A stretch of 64,000 bases of DNA, taken from Mobula hypostoma. Its lineage: Eukaryota. A program made the translations under genes and the position numbers. Of the stretch, positions 39,659-52,913 are shown piece after piece. The notes beneath the pieces are model-generated. The model ran no database searches and was not told the DNA's origin. It was given only the letters and a program-made list of their open reading frames with translations. How positions within the stretch are numbered: position 1 is the stretch's first letter; every line of letters begins with the position of its first letter. Where the stretch lies: positions 21,824,001 through 21,888,000 of the forward strand of contig NC_086106.1 of NCBI RefSeq assembly GCF_963921235.1, given 5' to 3'.

Positions 39659-40378
39659 TTGCTATTTTTTTTAATTATCTCCGTTGATTGGAGGCTGTGA
39701 ATTGGTTGGTTTTAACTTTTTCGTGCCCTATTTGGGCAGAAAAGTTTATTTTGAATTTCTTAATATGGTTGCTAAACTTTATTTTCAACTGCGTCATTTC
39801 TTTATTTTCCCAGGGGATTCTGGGTGGTTACTTCCTTTTTGTCATCTTACGTATTTCCTGTGTGGCCTTAAATTTTGTAGTTTTTTTTTAAATTTTATTT
39901 TGTTTTGCTTTTTATAACTAGTTTATGTCAATAATCTTATTTTTTCTTGTTGTTGTGTTTATTCATGGGTTTGGGGTTTATTGTGGTTTTTTTTAATATA
40001 TATTTTCTGGCTTTTGTTCTGTTGTGTGTGTATTTTAATTGAGTTACCTTTTTTTTTACTTTTTTACTGTTTTACAATTAGTTGATCTTTTTCATATTTA
40101 TACCTCTTTTTTAGGGAGCGTATACCGGAAGTCATGGGGGTAGTTTTAGCGCTTGCTTCTTTCGGGCGGGTCTGCTTTAGATTTTGCCTTGGGGTCTTGG
40201 GGCGGCGGGTGGCGGGAGGGGCTTCACGTTTTAGTTTTTTTCTCTTTGGGCTATATACATTATTGAAGTACTTGTTGCGTCCTTTTTCCCGGTATCTTTT
40301 GTATGTTCTGTTTCCTCTCCGGGTTCGTCGGTCGAGCCTATCGTCAATCCTCCTTGTTGTGGGTTGACTTTAGGATTT

Positions 40379-43300
40379 ATGGAGTCTATTATTAATTTTG
40401 TCTCCTGGAATACTAACGGTCTTAATCATCCTATTAAAAGGAAAAAAGTTTTTAAAGTGTTCCGGAGACTTAAAGCACAAATTTTATTTTTACAAGAGAC
40501 CCATGGACGGAGGGGGGACAGACTACGATTTTTAAAATTCTGGAAGGGACAACAATTTCATTCGAACTCCAATGCTAAGATTCGAGGCGTCTCTATTTTT
40601 ATAGATTCCTCAGTTACTTTTACACAACAGGATGTTATTTCTGATCCGAATGGTAGATTTTTATTGGTTAGTGGTTTACTATTTAATAAAAAAGTAGTTT
40701 TGGTTAATGTTTATGCTCCTAATATGGATTGTCCGGAATTTTATAAATCATTGTTTAATCAGTTTCCGAATTTGAATGAGTTTTCATTGATCTGGGGCGG
40801 AGATCTTAATACCTGTTTGTCTCCACCTTTGGACCGTTCGGCTCCTTTACGGACCTTACCTAATAAATCTGCAAATTTGATTAACTTTTTCCTTTCTGAT
40901 TCTGGGTCGACGGACATTTGGCGTTTTCTGCATCCTCAGGAAAAAGATTTTTCCTTCTTTTCACATGTTCATCATTCCTATTCAAGAATTGATTATTTTT
41001 TTTTATTGATTTTCGTCTTATTCCTTCAGTGATTAAATGTGATTATGATTCTATAACCATTTCGGATCATGCCCCACTTAAGATTTCTATTAAAATTATG
41101 GCCAATATACCAAATAATAGACAATGGCGTTTTAATTCGCTGTTGCTTCAGAACTCGGACTTTGTTAACTTTATGAATGAACAGATTGAGCTTTTTTTTA
41201 CAATTAACCATACAGAGGATATTTCGGTTAACACTCTTTGGGACGCTTTTAAAGCCTATATTCGGAGTCAGATTATTTCGTATTCTGCTGCTTTGAGGAA
41301 GAAACAGAAGCAGGAGGAGATGGCAATTGTGGACAAGATTAAAGAAATTGATAAGAAATATGTTATGGCTCCTTCTGAGGAGTTATACAAACAAAGAACT
41401 GAACTTCAAATGGAACACAGTTTACTACTCTCGTCCTCGATTGTAAACCAATTAAAGAAAACAAGAACTGACTTTTATGTTCACAGTGACAAAATTGGCA
41501 AGCTGCTGGCTAATCAATTGAAATCTAATTATGTTAAATCTCAAATCAATCAGATTTATAATCAAAATGATCGATTGATACTGGATCATGTGGGGATTAA
41601 TCAAACCTTTTGTGATTTTTATTCTTCTTTATATCAATCAGAGTCTCCTCGAGATTCTAAATATATGAATGATTTTTTAGATAAGTTAGACTTCCCTCAG
41701 ATTTCACAGGATATGTCTTCTTTATTAGATATTTCCATTACAATGGATGAGATCAAGAATGTTATTTTTTTCTGTGAATCTGGGGAAAGCTCCTGGCCCG
41801 GATGGGTTTACCGTTGAATTTTATAAATGTTTTGCCTCTTTATTGATCCCTTGGCTCTGTAGGGTTTTTGAGGCTTCTCTGAAACTTGGTAAACTTCCTG
41901 AATCTTTTAATAGAGCATCAATTTCTTTAATACTAAAGAAGGATAAAGACCCTGCTCAATGTGCATCTTATAGACCAATATCTTTATTAAATGTTGATTC
42001 TAAAGTTTTTTCTAAGTTATTAGCAAATAGACTAGAAAAAGTACTTCCTTCTATTATTTCGGAAGACCAAACGGGTTTTATTAAAGGTCGTTATTCTTTT
42101 TATAATATTCGTACATTGTTAAATATCGTTTATACTCCCTCACAAAATGTTCCTGAGTGTGTTATTTCTTTAGATGCCGAGAAAGCTTTTGATAGAGTAG
42201 AATGGCCTTATTTATTTCAGGTGCTTGAAATGTTTAATTTTAGCTTGAAATTTATATCTTGGATTAAACTGTTATATCATTCCCCTGTAGCCTCGGTTCG
42301 TACTAACTCTTTAAACTCACCTTTTTTTTCCTCTCTTTCGAGGTACTCGAAAAGGCTGTCCTCTTAGTCCCCTATTATTTGATACTGCATTAGAACCTCT
42401 TGCAATTGCCATTCGAGAATCTTCAAATATTACTGGGATAACTCGGGGATTAAAGTCCCATAAATTATCACTCTATGCTGATGATTTACTTTTATATATT
42501 TCTAATCCTGAGAAATCTATTCCTGCTGTTTTAGAGTTATTAGCACAATTTGTTTTTTTTTTCAGGTTATAAATTAAATCTTAGTAAGAGTGAACTTTTT
42601 CCGATTAATAAACATCTTCCCTTATATTATAAATTTCCATTTAAATTGATTAATAATTATTTCCCATATCTTGGGAGTAAAATTACTTGTAAATACAAAG
42701 ATTTATTTAAGACTAACTTTTTACCATTAATAGACCATATTACTCAACTTTCATCTAAATGGTTTCCCTTATATTTAACTTTGATTGGTCGTATTAATGC
42801 AGTTAAGATGTTTTTTTTGCCAAAATTTTTATATGTGTTTCAGGCATTACCAATTTTTGTTCCAAAATCTTTCTTTGATAAAGTGGACTCTAAAATTTCT
42901 TCATTTATTTGGCAGAATAAGAATCCGAGACTGGGTAAAATACATTTACAGAAAGCTAAGAGAGATGGAGGTTTAGCATTACCTAACTTTAGATTCTATT
43001 ATTGGGCTATTAATATTCGACATATGAAATTTTGGTTACTTGATCAGGACATACTATCTATTCCTAAATGGGTAGCATTGGAACTACAATCTGTTCAGGG
43101 TTATACACTTGGCTCTATTTCAGGCTCCTCTCTCCCTTTTGATTCGAAACGCCTTAAGCAGGTCTCTAACCCGATAGTTAAATATGCTTTGCGCATTTGG
43201 TTTCAATTCAGAAAATTTTTTGATCTTAATCAATTCGGGTTAGCGATTCCTATTTTAGGTAACATATTTTTTCCTCCCTCTTTTACGGATCGCGCTTTTC

Positions 43301-44160
43301 AAACTTGGAAGACTAAGGATATTTTACGGTTTTTGGATTTATTTTTAGATGGTTCCCTTATGTCTTTTGAACAATTATCTAATAAATATAACTTATCAAG
43401 AATACATTTTTTTAGATATTTACAAGTTATAAATTTCCTATGTACTATACTTTCTTCCTTTCCAATGCTTCTTCCTACATATATTTTAGATTCGATAATT
43501 AACCTCAATCCATGTCAGAAAGGTGCATCGGCTATGATTTATAATATTATTATGAAACTTAGGAAAGCTCCATTTGATAAGATTAGGGTAGATTGGGAAC
43601 AGGAATTGGGGCTTACCATTTCTGTGGATGATTGGGGGGAGATTTTACAATTAGTTAATACTTCCTCTATTTGTGCTAAACATTCCCTAATTCAATTTAA
43701 AGTGGTTCATAGAGTACATATGTCCAAAGATAAGTTAGCGCGTTTTTACTCGCATATTAATCCTTTTTGTGATAGATGTTCGGGGCAGATAGCCTCTTTA
43801 ACTCATATGTTTTGGTCTTGCCCTACTTTGGAAACTTTTTGGAGAGATATTTTTAATATTATTTCTAAGGTATTAAATATAGATATCTCTCCTCACCCTA
43901 TTACTGCTATCTTTGGACTACCTAAAATTTCTAGTAATCTTTCCCCTTCAGACCGTAGAATGATTGCATTTCTTACTTTAATGGCGAAAAGATGTATTTT
44001 ACAACATTGGAAAGAGCTTAATGCTCCAACTACCTTTTTTTGGTTTTCTCAGACGATTTTATGTTTGAATTTGGAGAAAATTAGAAGTAACCTTTATGAT
44101 TCTTCATTTAAATTTGAACAGATTTGGGGACCTTTTATTCGATATTTTCATTTAATGTAA
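40379..44160 (+). pseudogene. L1 ORF2p (APE endonuclease, RT, Cys-rich C-terminus) with four frameshifts
   Basis: SWNTNGL, LQETH, GGDLN, SRIDY, SDH, KAPGPDGF, YRPISLLN, DAEKAFD, YADD, CDRC...H..W.C; frameshifts at ~41000, ~41768, ~42325 and ~42555. Confidence 0.92.
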
Positions 44161-45349
44161 TATTTACCCTTCTTGTTTTTTTTTACTGTTTTTAATGGAA
44201 GTCGGGATTGAGGACGTGATTTTAAGTTTAACTCTCTTTGGTTTCAAGTTAGCCCATTGCTTTGTTTTGCTTTTAGTTATTTGCACGGTGGGTTTTTTGG
44301 GTTTTTTTTTCTTTTTTTTCCATTGATATATATAAAATTTAGTATAATATTATGTTATCTTGGTTTCTTGTGTTTAAATTACATTGTTTGTAGTATTTTT
44401 TTTTGGTATTGATACCTTTTGAAATTTTATTATACTTTAACATTGTATTAATGTTTATATGGCTTACCTTTTTTGTATACTTATTCAATAAAAAGATTTA
44501 AAAAGAAACAAAAAAGAAAGGTTTCAACATGTACGACTCACCTCAACTAGTACTATAAAATGTTTGACTTCCAGGTTTCCAACAATTCCGCAGGGAAATG
44601 CTTATAATGCAGCAGTAATATGGGGCGATATTCACTGCCACTCGTCTAATCTAGAAAACAATGGTTTATTAATCAGGCCAAACATCGTAATAAAGAGATG
44701 GAACATAGTGTAAAATGCATGCACTTTGATATGCCAAACCACGTATTGTTGTCAAAATATGAACTAACGTTTTGACACAGTAACCGTCAGTACAACACAT
44801 GCTGAGGGGATTGACTCTTAAGATGGATAGATAATGCATTAAGCTGACCAATGGACTTTGGTCATACTCACTTTTTTAACGTGAAATAAAGAGTTTTCAG
44901 AAACTATCATTAGAAAAAATCTAAGCCTCGTAGAAAAGTGAGTAATCTTGGCTTGGCAATTATTATCGATTCTGCAAAGTTGCAAATCACTTCACAGGCC
45001 TTTTGCATTTTGCGATAGCTTTCAGACCTGACTGTGCTCGGTTTTGTTTTTCCTTTATGTTTTTTTTTAATTAATAAAGGGCAGATGTAAATCAGAAATA
45101 AAAATCTCTTTTTTTTTTAATTTTACCCCCAAAATAACATGAGGGCACAAAGTGATTTGATTAATACTTTTTTTTTGTGAAGCGAATACTGCAGTGATCA
45201 TATTGATTTATTTTCACATTAGGGATCAACTGTAATGAAGTGACGGGGGAAAAAAAAACGTGGCTTTGGAATTAAAATCAGAGCACATCCAGGCTATTAC
45301 ATCTGCGAAGCTGGTATTAACCACTGAAGTGAAGTTTGTGATCCCAGAC

Positions 45350-46330
45350 GGACGATAAAATCAGTCGACCCACTGGTACGTGATCTGTTCAGAAACCAGG
45401 GAATCAAGGCACCCGGGGTGATAGAAAGGACGTGCCTTGAAAAATGAACATTCTGTCAAGAAATGATTGAACTATACATTAAATAATCCTAAGATAAATG
45501 GAGGAAAAGGGACCCCTTGGAAATACCAGACTATTGAATGGCCTCTGAAATAATTCGCAGATACATGAAAATGGACTGTTGCCACCCAGTCAAGTATGGC
45601 GGAAGCTTTTCAACCTGAGACTAACACGGACAAAGCAATCGCAAAAAGCAACTAACTAACTTGTTCGAAGTGGAGTTTACCAGCGGGATTAGCTCGATGT
45701 AGAGTGTCTGATCAGGGCATGCATTCTGTAGCCGAAATAATGCAAAAGATCATGATGCTTTTAGGATTAAGCAGAATGTTTATATGTTGAACAATTATCA
45801 GTATAGTGGAATTCTAGAAATAGTGAGCAGACCATGAAAAGTACATGATGCCTAAAATGCAGCAAAAACATGGAACAACATTGCCGGTAGTTTTACCTTT
45901 GATTATGATAAGGATTATCCGTGGCATCGTCGATGAGTTATACTCCGTATAAACTCATGGCGGACAGACGTCAGGGGATTGGAGGAATTGCTACGGTTAA
46001 GTTTGTCAGAATCTGAAACAACTGGAGAAGTGTCAGAAAATCGGGCACGACAGTTATTAGGGATGGTGAAGGAGGACAACTATATGGCGGCCCGTCAATC
46101 GAAAAAAAAACAGCAACAAAATAAGGCCTAGTATGACAGAAATCTCAGTCGCACAGAAATAAGCCCAGGGCAAAGCGCGATGCTTAGAATGCAGCAGCTC
46201 CATTTTAAAATTCAAGGTTTTCAGGATACAGTGAAATTATGCACAAAGCAAGTCAATCAATATACGGGATACTAATTGCATCGGATAAAATTGAATTGTA
46301 TCACATCAGGCAACTGAAATTGGTGAAGGG
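45350..46330 (+). mobile_element. Possible very old retroviral/Gypsy integrase remnant
   Basis: Scattered frame pieces resembling SDQG..F (~45705), WNNIAGSFTFDYDK/LPLIMIRI (~45870) and TPYKLM (~45940); no continuous ORF. Confidence 0.3.
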
Positions 46331-47004
46331 AAGCAGGAAAACAATGATAATCCCCAACTACCTATTGATGTGCAAGATAGCGGCAATTTTGGAGACTTGA
46401 CAATTGTTGTTCATGACAGTTATGACCTGGAAAATTTGGATTTCAGCAACTGTTCTAAGAAGAACAGATCTGAAGAATGGAGATATTTTCCACTTTCACA
46501 GCCTGAGAATAAAAGACAAGACGAAATGGATTGAGTCCTGCCTCCCCTTTCCTGAAACACAATTGGATGAGAAAATATGGGTGGCTTGAGTCTACTATGA
46601 GCCTAGATTGGATGGTTTATAAAAAACATGACAAAAAATATGAACGTAAAGTAAGTCAAGATTGAAACTGGAAGTAAGAACAAATATCATCCATGTTTGG
46701 GACAGAATTAATTCGACATTAAAAGTATAATGTATCTTATTTTGATGCAATTAGCCATGACGGAGGCGTTAGTTGGTTGTGCTTCATCACCATTACTGCG
46801 TACGGACATGCCAACAACGACTGCATTATATGAAAACAATCGGAGAAAAAAAAATATATATATATTTTCTCAACGGACACGATTACTACTGTCTCATGTT
46901 GGAGAAATGGAGGACTCGAAATTCTATGATCCGGGTTTATATAGTTTAATGAGCGTTGATTAAACCTTAAGTATTCCAAGGGGTACAAAGGATTCTTAAG
47001 GCGT

Positions 47005-47283
47005 CCATTAGACTCAAGTGACCATGGAGTGCGCCTTGGTAAGTTTCCATGGCGCAGGCCTAGGCAAGGTTGTATAGAAAACCAATAGTTGCCATTGCTG
47101 CCAGCCCCCCTCTCCACGTCACGGATGTTGTCCAAGGTAAGTGCATTAGGACCCATACAGCTTGACACCGGTGTCGTAGTAGAGCAATGTGTGGTTAAGT
47201 GCCTTGTTAAGTGCCTCAGCCAAAGCTCGAACCGGCCATCTTCAAATCACTAGAAGAACGCCTTAACCACTTGGCCACACGGC
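47005..47283 (-). mobile_element. tRNA-derived SINE
   Basis: Minus-strand head GCCGTGTGGCCAAGTGGTTAAGG (A box) ... GGTTCGAGC (B box); no tRNA 3' acceptor stem; 3' boundary approximate. Confidence 0.7.
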
Positions 47284-48831
47284 AACACAAAGGATTAATT
47301 CATATGTAATTAAACTCTGGAGGTGGCATTGTTTAGTTATCCAGAAGAGGTAATCATCATTCAGTTTCTAATCCCAGTTATTCAGCAGCCTTCAGCTGAT
47401 GATGGTCGGGGTAAGAATACAGTTCTGTGGGATCAGACGCATGTGCACATTGACTGAGGAGAGATGAGTGACATACAACAGATTCAAAAGTATATCAGAC
47501 GTACAAAGAAGCTGACGTTCGAGGAAACCCTGCGGAGCAGAACGCGCAAAGAGTCCGTCTTTCGCCTCCCACCCCGAGATCCAGATCACTTCAATCTGGC
47601 GCGTCGTGTAAATCGTCCACAAGTTAAAATGCGCCTCGTCCTCCGTCTTAGGCTCTATTGCCTTGATAAGGCCAGTACCAGCGCTTTCCAATTATGCACG
47701 GCTCAGAAATACATCTCCAACCTTCAATCTCTACTCGTTTCGTTTCTGCTTGTTTCGCCTCACCTCAGCTCCGCCTGATGGAATTTCATAATTTCCTATT
47801 CGGAATGCCTTTGAGATCGTTTAAATCTTGAATCTTTCCTCCCTTCGGCTGCACAGCCTCAAATTGGCTCCAAATTTTCTCCAGTAACTCCGGCATAAAC
47901 GTGATGCATCAAATCCTCCTCAGCGAGACGATGGCCCTACCTCAACGGTAAGGCATGTCTCAGAAATATAGGATCGTACAGGGAACTAGCTGCAAGTACG
48001 TACGAGGACAACAGAGAAGCTGCAGGACATTCGTTCTAACAATTGTTTATTTGAAGAACAGTGTGAATAAGGAAGTATTTAGCTGATTGTTGTACATTGT
48101 CCACCAGTAAGTAGCGCCACCTTAAACTGCACAGAACTCATTGATCTCAGGATAGCCCAATTACAGTGTGTTTGTCTGTGCGGGTGTGTATTCAATAACA
48201 AAAAAAAACAAAAAAAAAGTTGACGTATTCTCCAAGGGTTAATGTATAATCAGATATCTGATGCAGAGGGGCAGAGGAAATTAAGCTGTTCAGTGTGACT
48301 TCAGGCCCGTGCGCCTTCTGCCGTATAGTACAATGAGAAAAGACCGTGACTGGGATAATGAAGGGGCTCGTCCAATGTCAGAGCTGAATATCTGCTGCTA
48401 ATTTTGTTAATGTGCAGCGCCGCCATACTAGACAGTAACGGAGCCAGTCTGAATGCTCTCGGAAGGACACCTGAAGATATGTGTGACTGGCTTCATGCAA
48501 TATCAAATCTCCTCAAACTGCTGATGAAATATAGCGGACAAGATGCCTTCTCTGTAACCGCATCATTATGTTGTGCCTGGGATAGAGACTCTGAGATATT
48601 AACACCAGCAACTTGAAATTGTTCACTCATTCCAATTCTGATCTTTGTATGTGGGCTGCTGTGTGCTTTCTCGTCTTACCGTTTCTGAAATGCACAATCT
48701 AATATTTTGTCTTCCGACACTGAGTGTAAAGATGTTGATCTGACGGCATTCAGAAAATGCAGTAACTCGCTGATGTTTTCTTAGACTGGCTAGCGTTACG
48801 CACCAAAAGAAACAATAGCTATGGCTACTCT

Positions 48832-51694
48832 TGTCACAAGGGGGGCGTTGGGAATGAACCCAAATGCAAGACACACATACTGAAGTACAAGGATCAGGAT
48901 TTGACTTGAGTAGGGACGTGGAAGGATTCAGACCAGGAGCAGCGACAAGAACGCAGAATTGGTCTAAGACAGGAAACCCGGACAGGGAGCTATGTACTAG
49001 GAGCCGGGGCCTGGGCTTCGAGTCAGAGACTGGACAAGGACACAGAACCTGGGTCTTGCCTACGGCTCGGGCCTCAGAACCATGCAAGGGTATGACATGA
49101 CTACAGGACAGGACATAGCTGGGGTCTAGAGGCATGAGACTGCAGACAGGTGTATTGAGTCTTGAGGCTGGGGTCTTGGTCTTGAGTTTTGAGGCTGTGG
49201 TCTTGGGCATGAGGATTGAAGCTGGAGTCCTGGTACTGAGGCTTGAGGCTGGGGTCTTTGTCTTGAGATTGAGAATGGGGTCTTGGTCTTGAGGCTTGAG
49301 GGTGGGGTCGGTCTTGACGATTGAGGATGGGGTCGTGGTCTTGAGGATTTAGCCTAGGGTCTTGGTCTTGAGGCTTGAGGCTGGGGTCATAGTCTTGATA
49401 TTGACACTGGGGTCGGTCTTGAGGTTTGAGGCTGGGGTCTTTGTCTTGAGATTGAGACTGGGGTCTTGGTCTTGAGGCTTCAGGCTGGGGTCTTGGTCTT
49501 GAGGATTGAGGCTGCGGTCTTGGTCTTGAGGACTTACGCTAGGGTCTTGGTTTTGAGGCTTGAGGGTGGGATCTTAGTTTTGAGGCTTGTGGGTGGGGTC
49601 TTGGCCTTGAGGCATGAGGCTGGTGTCTTGGTCTTGAGGCTTGAGTCTAGGGTAGTGGATCCTGAAGGCAGACGAGGACATGAGAGGGCAAGGGTACTTC
49701 GAGGCAACCCCACGGCAGGACGCGGAACTCTAACCCGACGGAGGCAAGGGATGGGGGTGGCGGGGTACAGAACCAGCCGCAGGGTAACAGCAACGGTCTG
49801 ACTTACCCGACAGAGGCAAGGGACCGGAAGGGGCAGAACCAACTTCAGGGTTACGGCAAACGGCGCTGCTGACACGACGGAGGCAAGGGACCGGAAAGGA
49901 CAGAACCAACCGCAGGGTAACGGCAATCAGCTTGGCTTACCCGACGGTGGCAAGGGACAGGAAGGGAGCGGGGTCCGGAGTACCTCCAAGATCGAGGCAG
50001 CTGGTAACCTCAGCAGGCTACGGAACAGCCAAATACATATCTCGAAGACTGCATTAACCTTCCGCTGGTGGGTCGCTCCAAGGCGAGACTGACGATGTGC
50101 AAGCTAGGGCCACAGGCAAGGCAAGGCTTCAGACAAGGTGAGGCAAGGCGAGGCAAAGGAACTGAAGGAAGTGAAGGGCTTCAGATAGGAACAATCCAGA
50201 AACCAATCCCTGGTCTCCGGTGCTATTTATGAGTCTACCCAAACTAGAATCATGTGGCTCAATTAGAGTGCTCCGCAGAAACGGGGTAAACAGGAAAACC
50301 TGGAACAAGGGTCATGGACCGGACCGTGACCCGGAATGCTGATTTCATGGTCCGGACCATGACAGAACACCCACTTCACCCACCCCCCGCCGTCTATGGG
50401 AGCCCCCCGTCGACCAAACAGGCTATCCCAGACTATAGACGACCCGGGCGTGTGGGAGGGTATTTAACAGAAGGGAACCCCGGGTGGCAAGAGGAAAATG
50501 ACAGTGTCTGTGTCGCTAGGTCCAAGTCTGGCTGTATTGTTCTTTAACTCGGTCGGCGGGGGGGTGGGGGGGGAGGGTGGCGGGGTTGCTGGGAAGGGTC
50601 CCAAATGCAAGACACAAAGACTGCAGTACAAGGAACAGGACTTGACTAGTGTAGGGACGTGATAGGATTCAGACCAGAAGCAGGGTCAATAACGCAGACT
50701 TGGGCTAGGACATGGACATGGCAGGTATCCCGGACCAGGAACGATGCATGAAGAACCTGGGTTTGGGCTCCGAGCCAGATACTGGGCAAAAATTCAGAAT
50801 CTAGATCCTGCCTTTGGCTCGGGCCCTCGAACCATGCAAGGACATGAAATAACTTCAGGGTAGGAAGTGGCCGGGGTCGAGAGGCTTGGGGCTGCAGACT
50901 GGGGTCTTGAGACATGGGGCTAAAGTCTTGGTCTTCCGTCTTGTAGCTGGGGTCTTGGACTTGAGGCTCGAGGCTGAGGTCTTGGTCTTGAGTCTTGACG
51001 ATGGGGTCTTGGTCTTGATCCTTGATGCTGGGGTCTTGGTCTTGAGGCATGATGCTAGGTTCCTGGTATTGAGCCTTGAGGCTGGGGTCTTGGTCTTGAG
51101 GTTTGAGGCTAGGGTCTTGGTCTTGAGGCTTGTGACTACGGTCTGGAATCTTGAAGGCCAGACGACTCTCGACGGAGGCAAGGGACGGGGTAGGGGGCAG
51201 AAACAACCGCAGGGCAACAGCAAACGGCCTGGTTTACCCGACGGAGGCAAGGGACAGGAAGGGACTGGGTCCGGGGTGTTTTCAAAACTCGAGCCAGCCG
51301 ACAACCTCAGCATGCTATGGAACAGGCAAATCCATATCTCGAAGACTGTACTAGCCTTTCACCGGTGGGTTGCTCCAAGGCGAGACTGACCAGGTGCAAG
51401 GGAGGTTCACAGACGAGTCCAGGCTTCAGGCAAGGCAAGGCGAGGCGAGGCAAGGCAAGGCAAGGCAAGGCAAGGCAAGGCACGGCAAGGCAACGGGATG
51501 AAGGGAAGGGTTTCCGACAGGAATAATCCGGAAACCAAGCCCTGGTCTCCGGAGGTATTCATGAGTTGCCCAAACTAGAATTATTTTGCTCAATTGGAGT
51601 GCTCAACAGATACGGGGTAAACTAGAAAACCTGGAACAAAGATCAATGGACCGGACCATGAACCGGATTGCGACCTCACGACCGATCCATGATA
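48832..51694 (-). mobile_element. Complete non-autonomous LTR retroelement: LTR 48832-50364, 178-bp internal region, LTR 50543-51694, 5-bp TSD
   Basis: Termini TGTCACA and CCATGATA; ACTCT at 48827-31 and 51695-99; the two LTRs are collinear; no coding region. Confidence 0.9.
49150..49650. repeat. 27-bp tandem repeat inside LTR (~18 units; ~9 units at ~50893-51135 in the other LTR)
   Basis: Unit GGTCTTGGTCTTGAGGCTTGAGGCTGG; explains the 9-aa-repeat ORFs; counts approximate. Confidence 0.9.
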
Positions 51695-52732
51695 ACTCTA
51701 GCTGTTGCATGATTTAGTAGTGAATGCGGTTTTAGTGGGGATTGGGTCACATTAAATTGAGTTAAGGATTTTCTACTCTGCATTTGTTCAAGTGAAATTC
51801 CCGTAAAGAATGAAATTATTCTTTTGGTACTTTTCTTTTGATGAGACTTGAAAATCAGCAAAGATGGAAATTTGGTGATGACAGTTTTGTGTATAACGGT
51901 TTACTCCAAAGACTTCGTAATTCCAACAACAAGCTTGCACTACATGCGTTATGCACTACCTTATTACACGCCTCTTGTTTGAGCACAACCCTTTAAAGAA
52001 TGAAGAACAGGGATTGACCTGTTCATGCTATATTTGCTTTTTTTATTTCACTTTCGTTGTCCCAATAATTCCAGCGACCAAATCAGCTACGGCCAAACGC
52101 ACAGATGAGTAAATGAATGTATAGAGGGGACGAACGTAGTGGTCGTTATTGGAAGTGGACCAGAGGTGAGAGTGAATTGTCAAGATTTGGTTCAAATGAG
52201 TCTTCTGTTCAGAAGAGCAGGTGGTTTGCTTAAGTTGTCCGGGAAGTTTCTGTGAAGTTTTCATTTATTCTTAGTGTGTCAGAGGAATTTAGTGTAGTAT
52301 AATTGGTGCTTGTGCCAAAGGATGCCGTTGGCATTAGATACACAGAGGATCCCAGGAATCTCGTACGACATGAGCTGCCTCCATCTGCATTTACTCGAAA
52401 ACCGTGTCAGAGATCTGAGGCAGCAGCTGGATGACCATGGCTTGACCGTGAGAATGCCGATATTATCTTTCGGAGTTACAGAGAAGTGGTATCTCCTAAT
52501 TTGTAGTACACACGTAGCTGCGTGATTTGTAAGTGAAGGAATTGGGCCATGTATAGACAGTTTGCGCAGAATACCCCTTTGGATATTGTCATCTGCAGTA
52601 ATTATAATATTTTTGGATATTATCGCGAGGGATTACCTCTCAAGCGACTGCTGTGGAGTGCAGGTTACTGGCAGTGAACATGAAACATGTCGCAGAACGG
52701 AAAGAGGGAAGACAGAAGACTTGTAGTGATAG

Positions 52733-52913
52733 ACATCAAAGTTGCTGGTGAACGCAGCAGGCCAGGCAGCATCTAAGTTAGTCCTGACGAAGGGTCTCGG
52801 CCTGAAACGTCGACTGCGCCTCTTCCTATAGATGCTGCCTGGCCTGCTGCGTTCACCAGCAACTTTGATGTGTGTTGCTTGAATTTCCAGCATCTGCAGA
52901 ATTCCTGTTGTTT
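52733..52913 (+). mobile_element. 181-bp Penelope pseudo-LTR insertion with 5' inversion and 15-bp TSD
   Basis: TSD GACTTGTAGTGATAG at 52718-32 and 52914-28; perfect 43-bp inverted arms at 52733-75 and 52829-71. Confidence 0.92.
52781..52814 (+). ncRNA. Minimal type I hammerhead ribozyme motif, core intact
   Basis: gtcCTGACGAagggtctcggcctGAAACGTCgac. Confidence 0.75.

Larger units (their letters stand above)
38602..44514 (+). mobile_element. Full-length L1-clade LINE with TSD
   Basis: G-rich 5' end, ORF1, ORF2, AATAAA at ~44487, A-rich tail; TSD AGAAAGGTTTC at 38591-38601 and 44515-44525 (17 bp with one mismatch if extended). Confidence 0.95.

Noticed and set aside
47180-47283. tRNA gene on the minus strand
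   Set aside because: A and B boxes are present but there is no closing acceptor stem; it continues into a SINE body
49466-51389. ORFs with 9-aa repeats (LVLRLEAGV, SLKTKTPAS, PQDQDPSLK) as novel repeat proteins
   Set aside because: They are translations of a 27-bp LTR minisatellite that is open in several frames on both strands
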